A stretch of DNA of 64,000 nt from Squalus acanthias (Eukaryota), in contig CM059425.1 in NCBI GenBank assembly GCA_030390025.1, positions 172,238,001 to 172,302,000 on the forward strand, given 5' to 3'. Both the position numbers and the translations under genes were made by a program. Positions 36,440 to 49,402 of this stretch are shown here, in pieces. Below the pieces are notes generated by a model. It was not told the DNA's origin. It did no database searches and was given only the letters and a program-made list of their open reading frames with translations. Within the stretch, counting starts at the first letter, position 1. Every line of letters begins with the position of its first letter.

Positions 36440-39420
36440 ACACACAGCACTAACTTGCCCATAGTTCAGACAATGCAGTGAACACTTCCCACAGTTCAGA
36501 CAATGCACACAGTGCCAACACTCCCCACAGTTCAGACAATGCAGTGAACACTTCCCACAGTTCACCAATGCACACAGTGCCAACACTCCCCACAGTTCAC
36601 CAATGCACACAGTGCTAACACTCCCCACAGTTCACCAGTGCACACAGTGCCAACACTCCCCACAGTTCACCAGTGCACACAGTGCCAACACTCCCCACAG
36701 TTCAGACAATGCACACAGTGCCAACACTCCCCACAGTTCAGATAATGCACACAGTGCCAACACTCCCCACAGTTCACCAATGCACACAGTGCCAACACTC
36801 CCCACAGTTCAGACAATGCACACAGTGCAAACACTCCCCACAGTTCAGACAATGCACACAGTGCCAACACTCCCCACAGTTCACCAATGCACACAGTGCT
36901 AACACTCCCCACAGTTCAGACAATGCACACAGTGCAAACACTCCCCACAGTTCAGACAATGCACACAGTGCCAACACTCCCCACAGTTCACCAGTGCACA
37001 CAGTGCCAACACTCCCCACAGTTCACCAATGCACACAGTGTCAACACTCCCCACAGTTCACCAGTGCACACAGTGCAAACACTCCCCACAGTTCAGACAA
37101 TGCACACAGTGCAAACACTCCCCACAGTTCACCAATGCACACAGTGCCAACACTCCCCACAGTTCACCAATGCACACAGTGCTAACACTCCCCACAGTTC
37201 AGACAATGCACACAGTGCAAACACTCCCCACAGTTCAGACAATGCACACAGTGCCAACACTCCCCACAGTTCACCAGTGCACACAGTGCCAACACTCCCC
37301 ACAGTTCACCAATGCACACAGTGCAAACACTCCCCACAGTTCAGTCAATGCACACAGTGCCAACACTCCCCACAGTTCAGACAATGCACACAGTGCCAAC
37401 ACTCCCCACAGTTCAGACAATGCACACAGTGCCAACACTCCCCACAGTTCACCAGTGCACACAGTGCTAACACACCCCACAGTTCAGACAATGCACACAG
37501 TGCTAACACACCCCACAGTTCAGACAATGCACACAGTGCTAACACACCCCACAGTTCAGACAATGCACACAGTGCCAACACTCCCCACAGTTCAAACAAT
37601 GCACACAGTGCCAACACTCCCCACAGTTCACCAATGCACACAGTGCCAACACTCCCCACAGTTCAGACAATGCACACAGTGCCAACACTCCCCACAGTTC
37701 AGACAATGCACACAGTGCTAACACTTCCCCACAGTTCAGACAATGCACACAGTGCTAACACTTCCCCACAGTTCAGACAATGCACACAGTGCTAACACTC
37801 CCCACAGTTCACCAATGCACAGTGCCAACACTCCCCACAGTTCAGACAATGCACACAGTGCTAACACTTCCCCACAGTTCAGACAATGCACACAGTGCTA
37901 ACACTTCCCCACAGTTCAGACAATGCACACAGTGCCAACACTCCCCACAGTTCACCAATGCACACAGTGCCAACACTCCCCACAGTTCAAACAATGCACA
38001 CAGTGCTAACACTCCCCACAGTTCAGACAATGCACACAGTGCTAACACTCCCCACAGTTCAAACAATGCACACAGTGCCAACACTCCCCACAGTTCAGAC
38101 AATGCACACAGTGCCAACACTCCCCACAGTTCAGACAATGCACACAGTGCCAACACTCCCCACAGTTCAAACAATGCACACAGTGCCAACACTCCCCACA
38201 GTTCACCAATGCACACAGTGCTAACACTCCCCACAGTTCAAACAATGCACACAGTGCCAACACTCCCCACAGTTCAGACAATGCACACAGTGCCAACACT
38301 CCCCACAGTTCAGACAATGCACACAGTGCTAACACTCCCCACAGTTCAGACAATGCACACAGTGCTAACACTCCGCACAGTTCAGACAATGCACACAGTG
38401 CTAACACTCCCCACAGTTCAGACAATGCACACAGTGCTAACACTCCCCACAGTTCAGACAATGCACACAGTGCCAACACTCCCCACAGTTCAGACAATGC
38501 ACACAGTGCCAACACTCCCCACAGTTCAGACAATGAACACAGTGCTAACACTTCCCACAGTTCAGACAATGCACACAGTGCCAACACTCCCCACAGTTCA
38601 GACAATGCACACAGTGCCAACACTCCCCACAGTTCACCAATGCACACAGTGCAAACAACTCCCCACAGTTCAGACAATGCACACAGTGCCGACACTCCCC
38701 ACAGTTCAAACAATGCACACAGTGCAAACACTCCCCACAGTTCAGACAATGCACACAGTGCTGACACTCCCCACAGTTCAGACAATGCACACAGTGCTGA
38801 CACTCCCCACAGTTCAGACAATGCACACAGTGCCGACACTCCCCACAGTTCACCAATGCACAGTGCAGACACTCCCCACAGTTCAGACAATGCACACAGT
38901 GCTGACACTCCCCACAGTTCAGACAATGCACACAGTGCCGACACTCCCCACAGTTCAGACAATGCACAGTGCTGACACTCCCCACAGTTCAGACAATGCA
39001 CACAGTGCCAACACTCCCCACAGTTCAGACAATGCACACAGTGCCAACACTCCCCACAGTTCAGACAATGCACACAGTGCCAACACTCCCCACAGTTCAG
39101 ACAATGCACACAGTGCCAACACTCCCCACAGTTCAGACAATGCACACAGTGCCAACACTCCCCACAGTTCAGACAATGCACACAGTGCCAACACTCCCCA
39201 CAGTTCAGACAATGCACACAGTGCCAACACTCCCCACAGTTCAGACAATGCACACAGTGCCAACACTCCCCACAGTTCAGACAATGCACACAGTGCCAAC
39301 ACTCCCCACAGTTCAGACAATGCACACAGTGCCGACACTCCCCACAGTTCAGACAATGCACACAGTGCTGACACTCCCCACAGTTCAGACAATGCACACA
39401 GTGCAAACAACTCCCCATAA
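36440..39420. repeat. Minisatellite, 36-bp unit CACAGTTCAGACAATGCACACAGTGCCAACACTCCC, roughly 80 copies with 34-37 bp variants
   Basis: Directly visible head-to-tail array with no spacers. Confidence 0.97.
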
Positions 39421-40690
39421 CTGTGTAATCGGCAACTAGTCTGTATTTCCAGCATTTTCTGTATTCGTCATTTGGCTTTAGCTGTTTGAGTGCACATTTT
39501 GGTAAATGCCAGTGTCGTATGATGCTTAGACTAAGGGATTGCTTTGCACATTGTAAAAAGGTGTTCTGAATCCATAATAATCCTTTCAAAAGCTGATGAA
39601 GCATGATTGATTGAGCGCTGCTGCAAACCTGCAAGCTAAAGCAGGAAAAGCCAAGATTTCTTTTCCTGTCTAACGTTTTTGTCACTGAGGTTTCTGGATT
39701 TTTTTAGCTTCATATTTAGTGTAAAAAAAAAATTGAAGACACCTGCAAATGAAAATTCTGGCACATTTTGCCAATGCTGTTTTACACAAGTAAAACAGCT
39801 TTGTGAAGCTAACGAGGTGTTTTTGTAATCAGCTGTGGTGTAAACCACCACAATTTGTTCTCAAATACCAAATAGGTACCATCATGCCAATTTTTATTTT
39901 ACAGATGTACGGTTCAAATTACTTTATTGCATAACTGTTACTATTCTTGAAATCTTGGGTAATGACTGCTGGTTTGGACAGAACAACAACCAGCATTTAT
40001 ATAGTTCCTTTATTGTAGAAAAATTTCCAAGACCTGAAGCTTTCTGTCGAAGCATGTGTGTTATAGAAGGCGTACTAGAATGGGTGTGAGAAAACTGCAA
40101 ATGATTCAAAAATTCCAATATATTTTCTATTGCAGACTTAAAATAATGTGCTTTCCTCTATTTAATTCTTATCCATTTTTAAAAGTGATTAAAATGTAGT
40201 TTTTCTATGTAGTCAAATAACGTAATAAATATGTAATGTTCAGCAGGGCAAAGCTTAGCGTACATTCCGCCTAATCATGGAACACAACCGACATTTATAG
40301 AGTTACTTTAATGTAGAAAAACATCCCAAGACCTGAAGCTTTCTGTTAAAGCATGTGTGTTATAGAAGGCATACTAGAAATGGCTCAAACTATGAAACTT
40401 TGGTCCTGCAGTGTGATGATAACTTAGTTGCCGCATAAGATTCTAGAACATGCTTCCATCAAAAGGCATATAGTGAGAAGATGGGTAGGTGGATTTGAAT
40501 TATTCTGTTGGCTGAATTTGAGCCAAGGTCCCAAGGGTGAAAAGCCAGAGCCAATCACCATCAATTATTAATTATAATCGAAAATTATCTATCTTTAAAC
40601 TGCAAAAAATTATGAACTGTGCGGGTCTACATACACAGTACATTTTGTTGTGTAAAGTCTCCATTCAAGTAAACCACCTAGGATAGTGCT

Positions 40691-41360
40691 GCATAGGAAC
40701 AGGAGTAGGCCAGTCAGCCCCTTGAGCCTGTTCTACCATTCACTGATCTCATGGCTGATCTGTATCTTAACTCCATCCACCTGCCTTGTCTAGCAAATTT
40801 CTATCAATCTCAGGTTTATTAATTGAGCTTTTTGTGGGCGAGTGTTCCACACCTCTGCCACCCTTTGCGTGAAGAAGTTTTTCCTGACTCTCCTGAATGG
40901 CCTGGCTCTGGTTTTAAGCTGATGTCCCCTTGTCCAAGACTCCCTCACCAGCGGAAACAGTTTCTCTCCATCTACCCCATCAATTCCTTTCAAATTCCTA
41001 AAAACCTCAATCAAATCCCCCCTTAACCTTCTATATTCCAGGGAATACAAGCCTAGTTTATGTAATCTTTCTGCATAATCTAACCTTTGGAGCCCTGGTA
41101 AAATTCTGGTTAATCTGCACTGCACTCCTTCCAAGGCCTTTCTAAGGTGCGGTGCCCAGAACTGTACACAGTACCCCAGATGTGGCCTAACCAGGGCTTT
41201 GTATAGCTGTAGCAAAACTTCTTTCCCTTTATATTCTAGTCCTCTAGTAATAAAGGCTAACATTTCATTAGCCTTTTTGATTATTTTTTGTCAGTGCATT
41301 CTGTACATGGATTCCTAAATCTCTTTGGACTGTTCCTAGCTTCTCACCATTTAAATAATA
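40691..41360 (-). mobile_element. CR1 3' fragment
   Basis: MLAFITRGLEYKGKEVLLQLYKALVRPHLGYCVQFW; CR1 tail. Confidence 0.9.
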
Positions 41361-41898
41361 CAGGCGTTTAATACTGTTTTTTTTTAAGTGTTGTTTTCTT
41401 TTAAAATTTAGGTTATTTGACCTTCCTTTATGCATACCCTATATTGGATATCCTTTGTTTTTATCTCAGTGGAGAATTCCTCTAATTTTTCCTTCCCAAT
41501 CTTTCTTGTGTGTTCAAAGAGTAGGATGAGAGCCCACGGTGAGACTTCGCAATAAGAACTCAGACTACCACCACTTCACTCTCATTACCAAATCCCACCT
41601 TGAGCTCTCCCCCTACCTCTCTCACACTTTTTCAGCACCTTATCCATTGCCACTCCTTTTACCTTTAATCATTGTCATCCACCACCTTCCCAAGTGTCGT
41701 GGGATTTAAAACCTCCTACTTACATATTTAACAATCTGTGACACCATTCCTTAAATGAGCAAAGAACAAAAGTTTCATCAATATGACATGGTGAATAAAC
41801 CATAGAACTTTTATTATTGTATGTTGTATTACAGTTTTTGTTTTGCACTGTACAACTCACAAAAAAAACACTGCTCTGTCAAACCAACGTGAACACAT

Positions 41899-42653
41899 GG
41901 GCCTGTAATTTCCGATAAGAGGCTTCCTGCGTGCGGATGCCTCCTGTCGGAAAAAAATCTACGCTCTTACCTGAGGGCTCCCGAGGTCCGGACACTTCTG
42001 ATGCTGGGCCTCTCCACAGTTGGAATGCGCAGGGCCCACGTATCTCAGAGGCGCATGCAGTCCGCAAGCGTTCCTGGGATCACGTGGGCCAGGCCAGCCA
42101 ATAGGCGAAGGGAATCTCCCTTCATACTTTTGACAGATAGACCCATCAAAAGTATGAATGGAGATCACCCCAAAAAGACAGTAAAACATTGAATACATTT
42201 TTTAAAAACCATCACGTTTTTAAAATGAGTTAAAATTACATTAAATTAAATATTTTAAACAAAAATTTAATTTTTTGAAAAAAATAATTAAAGTTTTTTA
42301 CAGGGCTAAAAATAAACTTACCTTTTTTAAAAGTATTTTTAAATTATAAATTGTTTTCAATTCTTATGATGGTAAAAGCAGGCCTTACGCCTGCTTTTAC
42401 CAGGCGTAAGATTTTGAAGTGTTTTCAGCGGGTGGAGATTCTGCAGGAAGCGGAACTCTCCCCCTCCCCCCCCCCCCCCCGGCAGAGGCCCTTCTTTAGG
42501 GCAAGCGTCCGATCTGTCAAGAGCATTCTTGACAGATCGGAAATGCCGGTTTTCAGCGCATGCGCTTCGCATGCCTGAAACTGGCATTTCCGATGTCCCT
42601 ACGGGTGTGTACACAGCTCGTACACACCCGTAGGCATCGGAAAATACGGGCCG
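41899..42653. mobile_element. Harbinger-type MITE, 755 bp
   Basis: Imperfect TIR GGGCCTGTAATTTCCGAT...ATCGGAAAATACGGGCCG; AT on both flanks. Confidence 0.85.
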
Positions 42654-43507
42654 ATGTACCAGCTGTTATTTACTGTAACTGATGCTTATTGGCTAATATT
42701 TGTACAAAGCATTTGGACACGTGAGTATACCAGCAACAGCTCGCCATTGAAAATAAATAAACTACAGTAATATTGTTAAATCACTTTCACATCTCCATTC
42801 ACACTATAAATCAGAAACTAATTTTTCATTAATCTTTTTCATCAGCGTTTATTTGAAGCAAATAATACTTCCAGGCATCCTGATCAAATATGAAAGAAAA
42901 CAAATGCTAATACTATAAATCATATAATTGATACTATTAAAATTGATGAAAGTGTTTAATATAAATAATGTACATCCAAAGAAATCGATTAACTATAACA
43001 ATTTCTGTATATGTGCAAATTTGAATGTGTTAAGCTTTACAGGGCCGCTGTTCTGGAATATTCATTGCCAGCGCTATCAAGTTCCTCGACTTCCTGTGCC
43101 CTCAGTACATACTCTGCTGCTATGGAACCAATATACCCATACCAGTGTCCTTCCTCCCACAACCCATCTACAACATCCAATCAGTACCACCTCCTAATGT
43201 CTTAAATATTCATTACAACGTTTGTGTACCAGTCTTGCCCCACCTCTTTACCTACTAAATCACCATGGGCCATACAATGACTTGATCTATTTTAATGAAG
43301 TCAACCTAGCAGCATATAAAATATTTTCAGTGATGATCCATAATTTATGAAGTGAGCCTATAAATCTAAATACTTGATACAGCTAAATCATGAATATGGA
43401 CAATCCACTGAACCTTTACCGAATACAGTCAATCTAACGAAGCAGGAGCACCGTTAATGTAAAATCCAGAGAATGTAGAGTACACCAAAATAAAAAATCT
43501 TGGTTTA

Positions 43508-44572
43508 ATCTTGGATATGATTTAATCTTGGATACGAAATTGGCAAAGTGACAGGAAACAAAGAGTAGCGGTGAACGGTTGTTTTTCGGACTGGGGAAGG
43601 TACACAGTGGTGTTTCCCAGGGGTCGATACAAGGACCACTGCTTTTCTTGATATATATTAATGACTTGGACTTGGGAGTGCAGGGCACAAAACTTGGAAG
43701 TATAGTGGATAGTGATAGACTTCAAGAAGACATAGACAGGCTGGTGAAATGGGTGGACACGTGGCAGATGAAATTTAATGCAGAAGAGTGCGAAGTGATA
43801 CATTTTGGTAGGAAGAACGAGGAGAGGCAATATAAACTGAAGGGTACAATTCTAAAGTGGGTACAGGAACAGAGAGACCTGGGGGTATATGTGCACTGAA
43901 GGTGCCAGGGCAGGTTGAAAAAGTGGTTAAAAAAGTGTATGGGATCCTGGGCTTCATAAATAGAGACATAGAGTACAAAAGCAAGAAGTTATGACGAAAC
44001 TTTATAAAACACTGATTCGGCCTCAACTGGAGTAGTGTGTCCAATTCTGGGCACCGCACTTTCGGAAGGATGTGAAGGCCTTAGAGAGGGTGCAGAAAAG
44101 ATTTACGAGAATGATTCCAGTGATGAGGGACTTCAGTTATGTGGATAGACTAGAGAAGTTGGGGTTGTTCTCCTTAGAGCAGAGAAGGTTGAGAGGAGAT
44201 TTGATAGAGGTGTTCAAAATCATGAGGGGTCTAGACAGAGTAGATAGAGAGAAACTGTTCCCATTGGCGGAAGGTTCGAGAACCAGAGGACACAGATTCA
44301 AGGCAATTGGAAAGAACCAAAGGCAACATGAGGAAAAACTTTTTTACACAGCGAGTGGTTAGGATCTGGAATGTACTGCCTGAAAGGGTGGTGGAAGCAG
44401 ACTCAAACCTGGCTTTCAAAAGGGAATTGGATAAGTACCAGAAGGAAAAAAAATTCAGTGCTGTGGGGAAAGGGCGGGGGAGTGGGACTTGCTGAAGTGC
44501 TCTTGCAGAGAGCTGGCACGGGCTCAACAGGCCGAATGGCCTCCTATGCTGTAACCATTCTATGATTCTATT
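43508..44572 (+). mobile_element. CR1 3' half, decayed
   Basis: SGVSQGSIQGPLLFLIYINDL, RLQEDIDRL and RRLRGDLIEVFKI; attctatgattcta tail. Confidence 0.92.
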
Positions 44573-45439
44573 GAGTGCTTGGTAGGGAATTTCCTTCAGT
44601 TCCTCACATTCTAATATTAATATCACAGTACAAATAAGCTATATTCAATTTTCACAGGTAAATGTGAAAATAAATTACCAAAGTACCATTAGACTGGCTC
44701 AGATCACATTTAAATAAATGCAGACTTATTTAGTCATTGTAAACCAATTTCCAGTTAAAAATGAATAGAATTGCCAGAATTGTACCCCAACACACCTGTG
44801 AAAGTTGCAGCAATCCAGATTACAAAATGAAATGAGCACTCTTTCAGCCCAAGAAAATCAGTGTACTGAGTATTTTGTATCAATAAACATTGAAATACCC
44901 AAATTTGCCAGTATTTATAAAACTCAAAAATTGTAATGAAGCTCATGTATACAATAAAGAAGCATGTAAAAACAGTACAAGAAATAGGTAACTCATTCTG
45001 AATTAAATCAAAATATTTCAAAAAAAACTTCAGCAATAAATATGACAATAATGAAGAAAAATACAATGGTAATATCATTTTGAAGTAAGGGTGCATGTTC
45101 AATATCAGCAGAAAAGCTGTACCATAATTCTGAGTCGGCACAGAAAATAGCTGACAAGATGGATTCGTTTCTTATTGCTCCAGAAAAGAGCCAGCACAGA
45201 CATGATGAGCCGAATGGCATACTTCTGTGCTGTAAACTTCTATCAATGGGATGTTGATGTGCAGGACCTAGCACAGGACTGGACATTGACAGGCAGATTT
45301 CAGATGAGTTGAAGTTGTTGTGACTGCAGCACTCGAGGCAGAGAGGAGAGCATTGCAGAAATCAAACCTTGAGGTGGTGAATTCTTGGATGAAGATTTTG
45401 GTGGTAGTTCAGAAATGGAAACACTGTAAATATATTATG

Positions 45440-47360
45440 TTAAAGGTTGGAAATAGGTGATCTTGGTGATGGGCCAGATATAGTGTTTGAAGTTCTACTA
45501 AGGTCATACAGGTCACAGAGATTGTGCACTGTCCGATTCAGCCTGACTGAGCAGATGGAAAGGATGGAATCAACAAAGAATGATGAGGAGCTGAGCAGGA
45601 TAACTTCAATCTTGCCAATGTTCAGCTGAAGAAAGTTTTGCCACATTCAGGATGATGTCGGATAGGCAGTCAGAAATGGAGTCGAGAGCAGTGGTGGAGT
45701 GGTTGAGTTCGGTGTCATTGGCGTGAATATGGAAGCCTATCGATATACAGAGTAAAGGTACAGAATTTAAGCCAAAGTAGTAGTATTTTGTTTCTGAGAT
45801 TTAAACGGTGCCATTGTTTCTATCAGTATAAAAATGATGATTTGAATAGTTTACCTTTATAGCTGTGCACTTTGGAATGACGATCATGCCATCTTCACTG
45901 GGTCTGAGCTTATTTCCCACATTACAACAATGACTGCACTTCAAAAGTACTTCATTGGCTGTAAAGCATCCTGAGGTCGTGAAAGGCGCTATATAAATGC
46001 CAGTCTTTTAAAAAGTTTTCAAATGATTTTGCAAAAGCCATATATTTGAGAATTTGAAATTGATTCCATTCCATTCACATCAATAACAATATGCACCTTT
46101 AACATAGAAAAATATTGCATGGTGCTTCACAGAAGCGTACAGCAAACACGTGCTGAGCCTAACAAGGGGTGATTAAGAGAGGTGACCGAAAGGTTGATCC
46201 CAAATTTAGGTTTTAAGGAATGTCCTAAAGGAGGAGAGAGAAGTGGCAAGACAGAGAGGTTTATGGAGGGAATTCCAGAGAGCCAGACCTCAGCTGCCAA
46301 TGGTGAGGCAAAGAGCAGGGGGTTCACAAGAAGAATGGAAAGTATGGTGGGTGTGTTCTGGGCGGGCAGAGGTTACAGTGGGGAGCAAGGCCATTTGGGG
46401 ATTGAAACATGAGGATGAGAATTTAAAATTTGAGGTGTTGGGGACCGGGAGCCAGTGTAAGTCAGTGAGCATGGGTGTGATGGGCAAGCATGACTTGGTG
46501 TGTGACAGGATATGGGCAGCAGATGAACTCAAGTTTATGGAGATTAATCGATGGAGGCTGACCAGGAAAGCATTCGAGCAATTAAGTCTGGTTTTGACAA
46601 AGGCATGATTGAGGGACAGATGTGCTGAAGTAGGCATGGAGATGGATGATGTTAGAGGTGGAAGTAGACGGTAAGGGTCAGAAGCTCAGCAAGGGGTCAC
46701 ATTAGACGCCAAGGTTAGCAACAGTTTGATTCAGCTGAAGGCAGTTGCCAGCAAGGGAGTGGTGTCAGTGGCGAGGGTGTGAAGTTTGTTGCGGGGGCCG
46801 AAGACAATGGCTTTGGTCTCCACAATGTTTAAAAAGATTTGCATTTATATAGTGCCTTTTACAGCCTCCGGACGTCCCAAAGCACTTTACAGCCAATATA
46901 GTACTTTTGAAGTATCGTCATTGTTGTAATGTAGGAAATGTTGAACTGTAAAAAGTTACATCACATCCAAGACTGGAGGTTGGACAAGCGGTCTGACAAT
47001 ACTTAGGTAGTGAAGGAGTCAAGAGAGATAGTAGAAAGGCAGAGCTGGCAGCCATTAACATACCAGTGGAAGCTGATCCTGTGTCTATGGATGATGTCGT
47101 TAAGGGAAAGCCTGTAGAGGGAACCAAGGATGGGTCTTTGGGGAACTCGTGAGATGATGGTGCGGAGGTGGGAAGAGAAGCCATTGCTAGAGATGCTCTG
47201 GCTGCATGGATAGGCAAGAATGGAATCAAGCGACGGCAGTCACATGGAGCTGGACAATGTAGGAGGAGCATCATGTGATCAACCATGTTGAAGTCTGCAG
47301 AGATCAAGGAGGGTGAGGTGGGATAATGCACCATGGTTAAAGTCACAGAGAATATCATCA
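45440..47360 (-). mobile_element. Cluster of old L2 fragments with SINE tails (~45910-46010, ~46830-46940)
   Basis: NFLQLNIGK, HAFVKTRLNCSNA and PITPMLTDLHWLPV remnants on the - strand. Confidence 0.75.
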
Positions 47361-48220
47361 GTCAAACCACCTGTACATAACCTCCATTCATAAGATAAAT
47401 GACTACTAGAAAACTAAACTGCCGGCCATAGGTCCAATTATCATAGTATACTTTGCACTGTTGTCTCATTCACTGCGGATTTTCTCGGCGATTACATCTT
47501 AATGTAAAATAATTACTTTAAAAGGCATATTAAATCAGAAAGTGATATCTTTTTTGTGTTATGTCTAAATAAAGCAGTCATGTTTTCTCAAAGAATTAAT
47601 TGGTATTTGTTTACAAAAAAGCACAAATATATTGCCAGCAACTGTTTACCCCTAACGATGTCCTCTTAATGAAATTACATTACATGTTTTTCAAATGTAT
47701 GAATAGAGTAAACTCATTGGTAATAGCATCCAGCTTTTTTTTCTGATAGCTTGTAAAAAAATAAATTTGAAGGATCTTTAATTGGGAGAGGTGAAAAAAG
47801 ATGAACTGAACTAATGGATTCTGTAGGGAATAATATGAGGTGTTCTCACATTCTTTTCATGAGTAATTGGATTATTGAACACTTTAGAGCCTGCCCCATT
47901 GATTTGATATCAATTTAAGTCCATTCTACTGGGCTTTGATATTATCTCTTCATTTGATGTAACTGAAGAAAGGCACTTAAAGGCAGGCTATTCTAATTTA
48001 CTGTTTGAAGTGTGGCAAGCATTGATAGCTGCAGTTTTGGTTGAAATTTTTTAAGTTCCTGAAACAAGCAAATGAACGCCTTTTCTGTAATATATCATTT
48101 AACAACCACTGCACGGGCTAATTACTGAATTTTTGTTTCTACCTGACTTTGGAACATAAAGACAAAAAAGCTGTCTTGTTTAGTTTATAATGATATCAAT
48201 CATTTGTGTGAGCTTCAGTG

Positions 48221-48372
48221 TTACCTTGTGATGGTGCAAAAATCAAGAGTCAATTGCAACATAACAGCTATGTTTATTTTAATATATATACATATATAAA
48301 TATAAAAAATACATTTAAATGAGCTGTTATGTATTACAATTTACTCTTAATTTTTGCACCATCACAAGGTAA
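48221..48372. repeat. 152-bp inverted repeat / probable Tc1-mariner-type MITE
   Basis: ~50-bp arms TTACCTTGTGATGGTGCAAAAAT...ATAACAGCT and AGCTGTTAT...ATTTTTGCACCATCACAAGGTAA; TA at both ends. Confidence 0.85.
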
Positions 48373-49402
48373 TAGTTTGACTTCAAATTCTGAATCACAG
48401 TACATTTCAAAATGCTGGAAATATGAATTAAATTCTAAGTAAGCTAAATTTAACTTGGTAGCAACAATTTAATATAAACTGCACCAAAATTATTTTGTGG
48501 GCCAATAGTAAAAGATCCAGAAACACGATGCTGTACTCGCAGACTAAAATCAATAACATTGAAGTTATTACTTTATTATATTTGAGTGATTGTAAAATAG
48601 TTAGAGCAAGAAGAAAGCAGGTTTTAAATTGAAAAAGTAAAGTTCAAGTTAAAATTGGTAAAATATAGCAAATTAGAAAAAGTGTAAAATTCAAGTTAAA
48701 TATGAAAAAGAATGGGGAAGAGAGGAATAAAAGGTGAGCACAGGGAAATTGTATACATTTTTAAATTTTAAATTGTCGTGTTTAATTTAGTTCGTGGTTA
48801 ATATGACAACACCAAAGCTATACTTGATAAGTTGCTTTACTACTGTAATTTTAGGGGGCGAATTTTTTTCCAGGCTTCTCCTGCTCCCCTGTCGTAACTT
48901 CGACGATGGAGCGAAAGATATCCTGAGGAAATCCACTGTTCTTTTTTCAGTATCGGAGTGCAAAACTTACCAGACTTGTTGGCTCAAGGAGAGGGGAATC
49001 TCTCTGGGTCAAGATGATGCATATTGAAATTTGTAGCATTCCTGTTGGGCAACAAGTTAAGGTACTTACATCAAATAATTCAAATGCCTTAATTCCTGCC
49101 CTGTTTTTTCCTTGTGATTTTTTTCATAACACCTCCTTTACCGAACTCTCTCTCTTGTAGATTTCTATGCCTAAAATCTGGCTTTGGAATGTATCTACAG
49201 TCTTCATCAGTTGATCTATTCATAATTGCTCAACTTCTCTTTCTTCCTTCAAAAAGGTAGGGTAATGAAAATGAATTTAGTCGATATAAAATAAATGTAT
49301 ATAAAGTACATACGAATATACATAAATTGATGGACAGGAAGAGAACTACTGGGCAATCCAGCCTGTCCCATACAGTTGTGATGCCTTCTGCACAGGACTA
49401 CA

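Noticed and set aside
36410..39685. Repetitive ORFs including CxxC-rich (CWHCVHCLNCGE)n, and a CRISPR-like 36-bp periodicity
   Set aside because: Head-to-tail minisatellite with no unique spacers, no cas genes and a eukaryotic context; frames shift with 35-bp variants.
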